A stretch of DNA of 32,000 nucleotides from NCBI GenBank assembly GCA_046497275.1, contig JAWOFX010000057.1, positions 1 to 32,000 of the forward strand, given 5' to 3'. This document shows positions 1 through 8,194 of this stretch, piece after piece. Each line of letters starts with the position of its first letter. The first letter of the stretch is position 1. The notes beneath the pieces are model-generated. The model was given only the letters and a program-made list of their open reading frames with translations. It had not been told where the DNA came from and did no database searches. A program made the translations under genes and the position numbers. The stretch comes from Promethearchaeia archaeon. Lineage in GTDB: Archaea; Asgardarchaeota; Lokiarchaeia; Sigyniarchaeales; SOKP01.

Positions 1-165
1 AGTAAAGCAATTAAAGTAGTAAATGAATCGATTAATACGCATATAAATAAGTTATATCGAGTTCAATGCGGAATGCGCACAATTGAAAACCTTCAAATGC
101 GTATCTCTCAGCGTCTCTCATGCCCTATCATCGTCTCACCATCGTTAAAGGAAAAACTACAGTAA
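1..165 (+). mobile_element. 3' end of a probable DDE transposase (ISL3-like C-terminal motif), truncated by window edge; not in ORF track
   Basis: Frame +1 is open from base 1 to TAA 163-165 and reads SKAIKVVNESINTHINKLYRVQCGMRTIENLQMRISQRLSCPIIVSPSLKEKLQ. ESINxxIxxxxRxxxGxRxxENxxxRI matches the spacing of the ISL3 motif EGxNxxIKxxKRxxYGFRNxxNFxxRI. Confidence 0.6.
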
Positions 166-191
166 TGATCTAAATTTCAATGATCATAGTC

Positions 192-208
192 AAAAAAAAA
201 AAAAAAAA
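192..208. other. A17 homopolymer between convergent genes; possible U-tract terminator of the minus-strand MFS gene and/or IS target site
   Basis: 17 consecutive A directly after ...GATCATAGTC; reads as T17 just downstream of the MFS stop at 221. Confidence 0.4.
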
Positions 209-220
209 TAAAATTTTTTT

Positions 221-1630
221 TTAATCAAGTAATTCTGGATATTCTTCTAGCTTTTTTCTCATATTCTCCAAATTTTCACCGTGAAGAGTATAATACTTGA
301 AGAATAAAATTGCTATACAACATCCAATAGCCGGAAAGATGAATATTATTAATTTAAGTGCCAAAACAACAGTTCCTTCCTCATATATAGGAGTATAACC
401 GCCAGCCCAAGATGTCCCCGAGAAAACTATAAATATTGTTAGCATCGTTAATATTGTAGAAATTCTATGAATAAATGCATTAATTCCATAGAAGCACCCT
501 GATCTTTTTACTCCATGTTTACAGGCATCCTCATCAATAATATCTCCATGGATTATATCTACATAAAAAAGGGCCCCCCCTAATCCAATCCCTTGTATAG
601 CAGTGACAATTAATCCAAAATAATACATCCCATCGAATAGAAAGAAATAAGGAACCAATAATAGAATCCAGATACCCATAGTAATCATTAATGCTTTACG
701 CATTCCCACTTTCTTACCTAACCATTTATGAAACGGAAGAACTAAAGCTGCTACGATTAAGGCCAATAATAATGATACTGTTTTTAAGAAGGCTAAATCT
801 TCTGGGACTTTTAATACATGTTCGAAATATAAGGGAAATATTGTTATTAAAGTGTTAAAAACATACCATATCATCGTATTAGCAATAACAAATTTTACAA
901 AATTCTTATTCTTTAAAGTTATTTTCAGAGATTCTATGAAGCCAGGTCTTTTTTCAAATTGTTCTTCTAATTCCTCTTTTTCTTTAATTCCCTTTAAAAT
1001 AAAAGGAATAGCAAAAATAATTACGACAATAGCGAGATATAATCCCCAGAAAGGAAACAGATTCCGTAATTGTGTCGCGGTCACACTACCTTTTGGTGAT
1101 TGTGGCCCTAATGTTGGGATTGATGCTAAAATAATTCCAAAAACAGTTAATCCTTTTACATATACGTTTGTTTGGGCTCTTTTAGATTCAGTTGTAAATT
1201 GTTCGGGAAAAACAGCGTTTACATTTACATCAAATAATGTGTAGAAGAATTCGAATAATATGATCACAATCAAAAAATAAATGAATTCTGGAATTTTTGT
1301 CGCTGTATTAAAGGGTACGTAGAATAAGAAAAACATAGAAATGGCTAAAGGAAATATTGAAATAATCAGAAAAAATCTTCTTTTTCCTAACTTTCCTTTC
1401 TGTCTTGTTCGTTCTGATAATGCTCCCAATATAGGATCATTAATCATATTCCAAATACTCCAAATAAAAAATCCAATCCACACAAAATGTCCTGTCCCCT
1501 CTCCGAATATTACGGAGAAATAAAATGTGAAAACTAATAAAGAAAACGCTTGATATGTTGTTTGATCTGGTATCGCACTAATTCCGAATAAAAATTTTTC
1601 TTTAAATGGGACTTTCTCTTCTTTACTCAT
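221..1630 (-). CDS. MFS transporter, glycoside-pentoside-hexuronide (MelB-like) family
   Basis: 469 aa, about 12 hydrophobic segments, motifs WNMINDPILGALSERT and GRRRFF-like GKRRFF, DIIHGDIIDED typical of GPH symporters. Confidence 0.85.
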   Translation of the reverse strand: MSKEEKVPFKEKFLFGISAIPDQTTYQAFSLLVFTFYFSVIFGEGTGHFVWIGFFIWSIWNMINDPILGALSERTRQKGKLGKRRFFLIISIFPLAISMFFLFYVPFNTATKIPEFIYFLIVIILFEFFYTLFDVNVNAVFPEQFTTESKRAQTNVYVKGLTVFGIILASIPTLGPQSPKGSVTATQLRNLFPFWGLYLAIVVIIFAIPFILKGIKEKEELEEQFEKRPGFIESLKITLKNKNFVKFVIANTMIWYVFNTLITIFPLYFEHVLKVPEDLAFLKTVSLLLALIVAALVLPFHKWLGKKVGMRKALMITMGIWILLLVPYFFLFDGMYYFGLIVTAIQGIGLGGALFYVDIIHGDIIDEDACKHGVKRSGCFYGINAFIHRISTILTMLTIFIVFSGTSWAGGYTPIYEEGTVVLALKLIIFIFPAIGCCIAILFFKYYTLHGENLENMRKKLEEYPELLD

Positions 1631-1783
1631 TTTTTTTAAGTAATATAGTTTTATTAATTAGAATTCTATTACTAAATATTTAAAGATTTAGATCTTATGG
1701 CTTTTAATATTAAATTTACAATAAAAAACTTTAAAAATATAACTAAAATCAAAATCTATTTTATTTAAAAATGATTATTTTTA

Positions 1784-2725
1784 ATGGAAATGGACTATAT
1801 TTATGGACCTGTTCCGAGTAGGAGATTAGGACGTTCATTAGGGATAGATCCACTTCCAAGTAAAACATGTAATTATCAATGCATTTACTGTCAATTGGGA
1901 AGAACTACTAATTTTACTAATGAGAGAAGGAATTATTGTCTAAAGAAAGACATTTTAAACGAGATTGAAACGGTCTTAAATGATGAAACTCAAGAATTTG
2001 ATTATCTTACTTTTGTTGGGAGTGGAGAACCTACCCTCTATAAGGATTTGGGAGAATTGGTTCAATTTTCAAAGCAGAGAACAAAAAAGCCAATTTGCGT
2101 TATAACTAATGGCTCGCTTTTATCTAATCAGGATGTTCGAGAAGATCTTTTTGATGTCGACTTAGTTTTACCAACCTTAGATGCAAGTAATGAAAAAACC
2201 TTTAGATTAATAAATCGCCCCCATCCTCAAATCACTTTCAACAAATTAGTTCAAGGCTTTCTTGATTTTAAAAATTCTTATTCTAAAAAATTCTGGATTG
2301 AGATAATGCTAGTACGAGATGTAAATGATTCAAAAGAAGAAATTTTAGGGATTAAAAGATTGTTAGATAAAATTCAGCCTCAAAGAATAGATATAAATGT
2401 ACCAATTAGACCTCCAACTGAGGATTGGGTGAAAATTCCAAAAAAATCTGTTTTAACTCTTTTAGATGAGGTTTTTGGAGAATATGAGAATATCAACTTC
2501 CCTGAGATGGGAACTTTTGGAAAATTTTCTGCAGAATTTGAAAAAGAATTGCTTGCTATCATCGAAAGACACCCAATGCGTGAAGAACAAATTGTTAAGA
2601 CATTCCAAACTTCTGAGCTTACGGAATCAGATATACTTAGTAGATTGAATTTATTGAACGAGGAATCTATTATCAAGAAAATCGAGTATCAAGGGAAAAT
2701 CTTTTGGAAATTAAACGAACCTTAA
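1784..2725 (+). CDS. Radical SAM protein of unknown function (YGPVPSRRLGRSLG-type)
   Basis: CNYQCIYC (CxxxCxxC), TFVGSGEPTL, VITNGSLL; short C-terminal helical extension. Confidence 0.9.
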   Translation: MEMDYIYGPVPSRRLGRSLGIDPLPSKTCNYQCIYCQLGRTTNFTNERRNYCLKKDILNEIETVLNDETQEFDYLTFVGSGEPTLYKDLGELVQFSKQRTKKPICVITNGSLLSNQDVREDLFDVDLVLPTLDASNEKTFRLINRPHPQITFNKLVQGFLDFKNSYSKKFWIEIMLVRDVNDSKEEILGIKRLLDKIQPQRIDINVPIRPPTEDWVKIPKKSVLTLLDEVFGEYENINFPEMGTFGKFSAEFEKELLAIIERHPMREEQIVKTFQTSELTESDILSRLNLLNEESIIKKIEYQGKIFWKLNEP

Positions 2726-2879
2726 GTATTAATTCCTCAATATTATCTCTTTTATATATATGATAAATTATTGAATTAAGGTAAAATAATGCTTTTAATG
2801 ATTGAATAAAGTTTTAAAGCTCTTATTTATTTTATAAAACGAAGCTCTCATTGCTCTGAAAATTTTTAAAGGTAATAAT

Positions 2880-3380
2880 ATGGCAAATAAATTACAAAAT
2901 CATAGAAAATATGATATTAAACTATTAAAAGGAATCGTTATCTGTAAAGAATCGGGTGAATATTTGTTGGATTTGATTCTTGATTCTGATATCAATCCTA
3001 TTCTTTTATCTTCCTTTGTAGGCGCTCTTTCATTATTTGGAAAAGATAGTTTGGGAAAGATTGAAGAGATAAATATAAAAGGATTAAATGTTGAAATGAT
3101 CATTGTAAGTAAACATAATCTCATATTTATTGCAATTTTAGATAAAGGTTTTGCTAAAGAGAGCATAAGGGAAGAAGCAGAAAAAGCATTGGATAATTTT
3201 TATACTCTCTATGAGGACGAAATTGATGAATGTATGGATGTCTTCAAATTTGATTCATTTAAAAAAATCCTCCTTATGCAAATAAAGGAATATTTCTATA
3301 ATTTAGAAAGCAAAAAAGAAGAAGCGATGGATGATTTTGGATTTTTTACGGAAGCTATAAAAAAAATGCGTGAAAATTAA
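2880..3380 (+). CDS. Longin/roadblock-like domain protein (Asgard-type)
   Basis: Pattern IVICKESG...LLSSFVGALSLFG...IEEINI...LIFIAI...ALDNFYTLY fits the longin-like fold pattern seen in Asgard proteins. Confidence 0.6.
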   Translation: MANKLQNHRKYDIKLLKGIVICKESGEYLLDLILDSDINPILLSSFVGALSLFGKDSLGKIEEINIKGLNVEMIIVSKHNLIFIAILDKGFAKESIREEAEKALDNFYTLYEDEIDECMDVFKFDSFKKILLMQIKEYFYNLESKKEEAMDDFGFFTEAIKKMREN

Positions 3381-3407
3381 ACCAAAATTATCATAATTAG
3401 GTATTTT

Positions 3408-4331
3408 TTAATTTCGTAATGCTTTGATTTTTGGTTTTTGAGATTCATCTTTTTCAACTTTACGTTTTTTGAATATGAGACTACCAACCTCCACATTAAA
3501 TATACGCTTCATAAGAATACATTTCGCTTTCAATAGATAGAAGAGATCCTCATTAGGAATCTGAACTCCCTTAATAGTTTCAAAATTTCCTTGTCCTTTC
3601 GATAATATTACATATTCCTTAGAGGAGAAGTATTTTTCAAATTCTGGAGTAATATCATTCCAATCAATACCAGGTGCATTACTCGATTCTATTACTTTTA
3701 CAAGGGAAGTTAGACTGATCTCTTCAGCATCTTCCATTGTAGCATCATTTATAATGGGACTGCTTCTTACCGCATATATAATTTCTAAATCTGGATATAC
3801 CCCCAAGAGGATTTCAATCATCAATTTATCGAGGACAATTTCTCCACAATTATCTCCCAATATTAACAATTTCTTTTTTTTTTCCAATAATTCCTTAAAT
3901 TTTGGATAATCGTTTATCGCAAGGTTATCTACAGAAAAATTTTCGATATCATGCACTAAATCAATTTTATGATTAGCAGCAAAATCAATAGTATTTCCAA
4001 GAGCAGATACAATTAAAGCTTCAAATACGGGATCTTTTTGTTTCAATACAAATCGTTTTAGTTTATCATAGTATTTTAACGCCAATTGATTATAATGCTG
4101 TTTCAATTCTCGGTAAGGGTCATTAGTATTTAATATTTTTCCAATCTGAGAATAAAGGAATTTTCCAACTATAGGTGCAGAAACTTCACTAATATCTTGT
4201 TCTATTAGAAATTCCATAACTTTTTTCTGCGTTTCAATTATTAAATTTCTATCAGATTCTATTTTAAGTAGTTTGAAGGCTTTAACAACCTGATTGAATA
4301 AGCATCCAACACATTCGGGTTCCAGTTTCAT
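3408..4331 (-). CDS. DUF89/ARMT1-like damage-control phosphatase
   Basis: N-terminal CVGC, DPY, GNTIDF, DNCGEI, PIINDAT, SKGQGNFET motifs. Confidence 0.9.
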   Translation of the reverse strand: MKLEPECVGCLFNQVVKAFKLLKIESDRNLIIETQKKVMEFLIEQDISEVSAPIVGKFLYSQIGKILNTNDPYRELKQHYNQLALKYYDKLKRFVLKQKDPVFEALIVSALGNTIDFAANHKIDLVHDIENFSVDNLAINDYPKFKELLEKKKKLLILGDNCGEIVLDKLMIEILLGVYPDLEIIYAVRSSPIINDATMEDAEEISLTSLVKVIESSNAPGIDWNDITPEFEKYFSSKEYVILSKGQGNFETIKGVQIPNEDLFYLLKAKCILMKRIFNVEVGSLIFKKRKVEKDESQKPKIKALRN

Positions 4332-4416
4332 AGTGAATAGTATATTCTTTATATAGAAAAAAGAAGGAAATAGTATAAAGTCTACTAATTAAAAAATAAA
4401 AAAAAAGATAGAGATT

Positions 4417-5751
4417 TTATATTCTCTGCATCGCTTTTTCTTTTGCAATTTTTTCTTCTTCTGTTAGTTCAACTTCTCCGCGTTTGACGAAAAACATTAA
4501 TACTAGAGAGATTAAAAAGAAAATTCCACAGTTTAGGAACATTGAAGCAATTCCGAACAAATCCATTAATGCCCCAATAAAGAAAGGTCCCAATATCGCA
4601 GCTAAAACGCTAAAGAAATAATAAACACCAGTATATGTCCCGATTTTTTCTGCAGAAGGAGCCAATTCCCAAACAATTACAATAGAATTTATATTTACGC
4701 AAGCCCAGCCTATTCCGAATACTACTAACCCGATTAATAATAATATTAAATTAGTACCTACAATAAAGGAATAAACCATAGCACATAATATTATTACTAA
4801 TCCAATTTTAATAGTTAACCTTCTTCCTATTTTTCCAGCTATTATACCAGCGGGGAGAGCAAACAAAATGAATGGCCCAGCAACGAAAAATAAAAGGAAA
4901 CCTGCTGTTCCTTCAGAACTGACAATATTTAATCCTTCTGGTCCTGCATAAACTGTAAATAATCCCTCTGCTCCTTGATATGCGATAAACCATGCAAAAA
5001 TTGCTAGTAAAATAAACAATGTACTTTTATCCTTTTCTGTAACAATATCTTTAAGACTTTCAATCAATTTTGGTCTCTCAATTCTCGGTTGAATATCAGC
5101 AATAGTTCCCTTGCCTCCTTGTTCTGCCTTGAGTATCAGTTGGTAAGAAAATGCATCCTTTTCTTTAACTTTCACCAATAAGACGCCTAATGCTATAAGC
5201 ATTAATAAAGAGACTATAATAAACCCTAATTGAAGCCCAATATAATTAGACAAAAGACTAATTATTGTCGCAATAAGTGTTCCTAACCCTCCCATTAGAT
5301 TTATTATTGCGTTAGCTTTACTTCGATTATAAGGTCTTATAAAATCAGGCATTAATGCAACTGCTTGAGAACGATAAAAACCCATGCTTAAACCAAATAA
5401 AAACATCCATAGAATTAATATCCAGAGTTGTGAGTCGAATCCAGTAGGAATAAGTGCAAAAAAGATTGCCGCAGATATAGTCCCTATTAATATATAGGGC
5501 ATACGTCGTCCTAATCTTGTACGTGTTGAATCTGAAAAAGACCCCATTATTGGTTGTATAATAACTCCAAGCATATTATCAAGAGCCATTAAGATACCAA
5601 CTATAGAGAGTAATAACCCATATCCTCTGAGAGCTTGATTGACTTGAGTGTTATAGAGACTCCATGAGATTCCCGTGGTAAAGAATGCCAAACCAATATA
5701 GAATGTTAATTTCAGATCTAATTTTTCTCTTTTCTGTGTTTCTTCTGACAT
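4417..5751 (-). CDS. MFS sugar transporter (maltose/sucrose-type); ATG at 5751 preferred over TTG at 5760
   Basis: DNMLGVIIQPIMGSFSDSTRTRLGRRMPY, ALMPD, GTYTGVYY; about 12 TM segments. Confidence 0.85.
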   Translation of the reverse strand: MSEETQKREKLDLKLTFYIGLAFFTTGISWSLYNTQVNQALRGYGLLLSIVGILMALDNMLGVIIQPIMGSFSDSTRTRLGRRMPYILIGTISAAIFFALIPTGFDSQLWILILWMFLFGLSMGFYRSQAVALMPDFIRPYNRSKANAIINLMGGLGTLIATIISLLSNYIGLQLGFIIVSLLMLIALGVLLVKVKEKDAFSYQLILKAEQGGKGTIADIQPRIERPKLIESLKDIVTEKDKSTLFILLAIFAWFIAYQGAEGLFTVYAGPEGLNIVSSEGTAGFLLFFVAGPFILFALPAGIIAGKIGRRLTIKIGLVIILCAMVYSFIVGTNLILLLIGLVVFGIGWACVNINSIVIVWELAPSAEKIGTYTGVYYFFSVLAAILGPFFIGALMDLFGIASMFLNCGIFFLISLVLMFFVKRGEVELTEEEKIAKEKAMQRI

Positions 5752-5901
5752 GTGAATCAATTATTAAGATAATTATTTCTATTAAAATTTTTCCAATCTA
5801 GGAAAAAGTTGTAAACTATAAAAAGCCTTATTTTAATTATTGAAAAGAGAATGAATTAATAATAAGAAAAAATTAATAAATCTCTCAAAAGAAAAAGATA
5901 A

Positions 5902-6054
5902 TTATAAATTAATCTCTATATTAATTGTTTTGATCTCCTTTGGTATCCCTTTAATCGATTTGAGATAACCTAAGATAAGATTATTGAGCATAGAATCCAT
6001 TATTTCATTTAAAGGAATTTCTTTTTCATTAATTTTTAATTTTATATCAGCCAT
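5902..6054 (-). CDS. Small 50-aa protein missed by ORF track
   Basis: ATG 6054 to TAA 5902: MADIKLKINEKEIPLNEIMDSMLNNLILGYLKSIKGIPKEIKTINIEINL. Resembles the LxVNGKxIPLNxFVxxxxxNxxxG-type small domain that I recall at the C-terminus of some MobB proteins. Confidence 0.7.
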   Translation of the reverse strand: MADIKLKINEKEIPLNEIMDSMLNNLILGYLKSIKGIPKEIKTINIEINL

Positions 6055-6161
6055 AATTAAAGTGTATCTCTAATTTCTTAAAAACTTTAATCTTTTAAAA
6101 GGAAGATAAGATAATAATTCTAAAAATAGATTCGTCTGTATTTATAAAAATCAATTAAGGA

Positions 6162-6545
6162 TTATTGAATAGTACCATTTAATTGATATAGTGCTTCTGA
6201 AACTTCATTTGTTAGATGATGTTCAATCTTACAGCATATATCATCAATAGATTCATCATCATCCAATTTCAATACATTTACAAAAAAATTTTTGAGGACT
6301 TTATATCTCTTTACCATATTTTTAGCAATTACTTTCCCTTTTTTAGTCAATCTCATCGATTTTCTTGGTTCCCAATCAATCAGATTTAGTTCTTTGAGCT
6401 TATATAACATACTGGTAACAGATGATGGTTTTACACCTAAAGCTTCAGCAATCTCAGAATTAGACACCCATCCCCCTCGATTCGTTTTTGAAATAAGATA
6501 GATTGCTTTTAAGTAGTCTTCTTGACTTTCCTCTATTTTCTTCAT
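6162..6545 (-). CDS. DtxR/MntR family metal-dependent transcriptional regulator (short form, no FeoA/SH3 domain)
   Basis: EDYLKAIY, HTH IAEALGVKPSSVTSMLYKL, LTKKG, CKIEHH. Confidence 0.9.
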   Translation of the reverse strand: MKKIEESQEDYLKAIYLISKTNRGGWVSNSEIAEALGVKPSSVTSMLYKLKELNLIDWEPRKSMRLTKKGKVIAKNMVKRYKVLKNFFVNVLKLDDDESIDDICCKIEHHLTNEVSEALYQLNGTIQ

Positions 6546-6588
6546 GTTTAAAAAAGAATTAATCGGTTAGTAATAAAATAAAAAAAAA

Positions 6589-6972
6589 TTATTTTTGTTC
6601 TAAATCTGAAATTCTCCTGGAGATATCCTCAAGCGCACCCTTTAAATTGTCCATTTCGGACTCTAAATAATTTTTTTCTTGTTTTAACATATTTAGCTGA
6701 TCTTCCTCGCTTACAGGTGCTGAAGGCACTCCAGAATATGCAGGAACCGCAGGTCTATACGGAGGATATACAGGGGCTCCAAATCTACCTCCTCGTCCCC
6801 AAGCCATACCTCTACCAGCTCCCCACCAACCTCGTCCTCGACCTCTGCCCCATCCTAAACCTAAGCCTGCACCTTTTGTGTATCCAGGAGAGCTATATCC
6901 CGAACAATATCCTAATGCACGACCTGTCATGGGACCTTGACCTCCGGGTCCTGTTCCATCTCCACCAGGCAT
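6589..6972 (-). CDS. DUF5320-family protein (Gly/Arg-rich, C-terminal coiled coil)
   Basis: Characteristic MPGGDGTGPxGxGPMTGRxxGYC start, GRGRGRG tract, LKQEKNYLESEMDNLK coiled coil; SD-like AGGAGTTGA at 6984-6992 (minus). Confidence 0.85.
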   Translation of the reverse strand: MPGGDGTGPGGQGPMTGRALGYCSGYSSPGYTKGAGLGLGWGRGRGRGWWGAGRGMAWGRGGRFGAPVYPPYRPAVPAYSGVPSAPVSEEDQLNMLKQEKNYLESEMDNLKGALEDISRRISDLEQK

Positions 6973-7037
6973 TTTTTACATTATCAACTCCTTAAAATGT
7001 ATTTTGAATTTTTCTATGTAATAATAAGTATTGGGGT

Positions 7038-7064
7038 TTTATAAGATTTATGAATGATTATTCA
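7038..7064 (-). promoter_or_regulatory. TATA box (CTTATAAA) with abutting near-palindrome TGAATAATCATTCA, upstream of DUF5320
   Basis: Minus-strand GTGAATAATCATTCATAAATCTTATAAAACCCC; palindrome 7051-7064, TATA 7038-7045. Confidence 0.5.
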
Positions 7065-7132
7065 CTAGACTAAAAAAAAGCCTAATTGGGAGATAAAACG
7101 CTTTCTTAACGAATTATATTATGAATGATTAT
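7048..7132. repeat. 14-bp exact direct repeat TTATGAATGATTAT (7048-7061 and 7119-7132)
   Basis: Both copies read directly from the sequence, 71 bp apart, in an intergenic region. Confidence 0.75.
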
Positions 7133-7188
7133 CCAAAACCGAATAGACTCCCTCTAATAAAGAATTTTTAAGAGTTTGGTATCTAATT

Positions 7189-7608
7189 TTATAGAAACGC
7201 TTTTCTATATTCCATCAATCTAAGCTTTTCTTGTATTGATTCGAATTGATTCTCTTTAATTCTTGGAAGAATATCTCTCCAAATTTTCCTATAGGGATAA
7301 AAATATTCCGAAATTTCAAGAGCATCCCCAAAAATAGTTTTATAATTTTGGATTATATCTATTTGTATATAAAGAGGAAACAATTCAAAGACTCGAACAT
7401 CGTAATTAGAAGGAGCTTTAGCCAATAAAGCATCCCATGTTTCAATATTTTTTGCTTTGTTTTTAATTTTCGTGATAATAGCAATATCTATATCAGATCT
7501 ATTTACTATATAATTGTCGCTAAGAAATCTACCATAAATTATTGTCCAATATTCATTGCAAAATTTTAAATCGTTTTTGATTTTTTCAAGGTTTTTAGAA
7601 TTTTTCAT
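7189..7608 (-). CDS. MNT-type minimal nucleotidyltransferase (MntA-like antitoxin), with GS>GR change
   Basis: IIYGRFLSDNYIVNRSDIDIAI, YDVRVFELFP; overlaps the end of the upstream HEPN gene. Confidence 0.85.
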   Translation of the reverse strand: MKNSKNLEKIKNDLKFCNEYWTIIYGRFLSDNYIVNRSDIDIAIITKIKNKAKNIETWDALLAKAPSNYDVRVFELFPLYIQIDIIQNYKTIFGDALEISEYFYPYRKIWRDILPRIKENQFESIQEKLRLMEYRKAFL

Positions 7609-7995
7609 TGATAATAATATCCCCTTTTTTCACAAATAAATTTAAATTTTCTCTAATATCTTCCTTTTGTTGGAGAATTAGATCCTCCTGAACTTTATTG
7701 TTTTTATGCACTAAGGCATTTCGTAAACCATTAAATTTTCGTAAATTCTTCACCAATTCGGGGGAAAATATATTTAATTCTTTTATTTTTTCTCTATTTG
7801 TATAATCATCTCTTACTTTTATTCCTAAATCCTTACAGAGCATCGCTATCACATCCATAGATGCATCGATTGCCAATTGGAGTCGATAAAATAATGCATC
7901 AATATAAATCTTGTCTTGATTTTCCACGTTTGGGAGATTATGTATTTTTTCGATTATGAAATCTAATTTTTTTTTATACTGTTCTTTCTATTCAT
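7595..7995 (-). pseudogene. HepT-like (DUF86/HEPN) RNase toxin, interrupted by a 1-nt frameshift near the 5' end
   Basis: GLRNALVH (Rx4H) and RLQLAIDASMD. ATG at 7995 meets TAG right after an A9 run, while the adjacent frame continues LDFIIEKIHNLPNVENQD into the 7595-7927 ORF. Total 401 nt, one short of 402. Confidence 0.75.
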
Positions 7996-8194
7996 ATCTA
8001 AAATCTATGTCTTTTTATTATTAAAAAATTTAAGATTCATTTTTCCACCTTATATAGTAAAAGAAAATTTTTATATTATCAGAAAAGAAATATTAACATT
8101 GTTATTGATTTTAATAATTAATAATTATGTGAATTATTAGAATTACACTTAATTTATCAAATAATAAATAAGATTGAAAATTGGAGTAAAAAAA

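Noticed and set aside
1784-2725. Radical SAM protein as GRE activase or sulfatase maturase
   Set aside because: It lacks the activase N-terminal signature and any SPASM Cys motif, and lies over 5 kb from the GRE
6780-6870. Repetitive CCT/CCTC sequence
   Set aside because: Explained by the GRGRG coding tract of DUF5320; not an independent repeat
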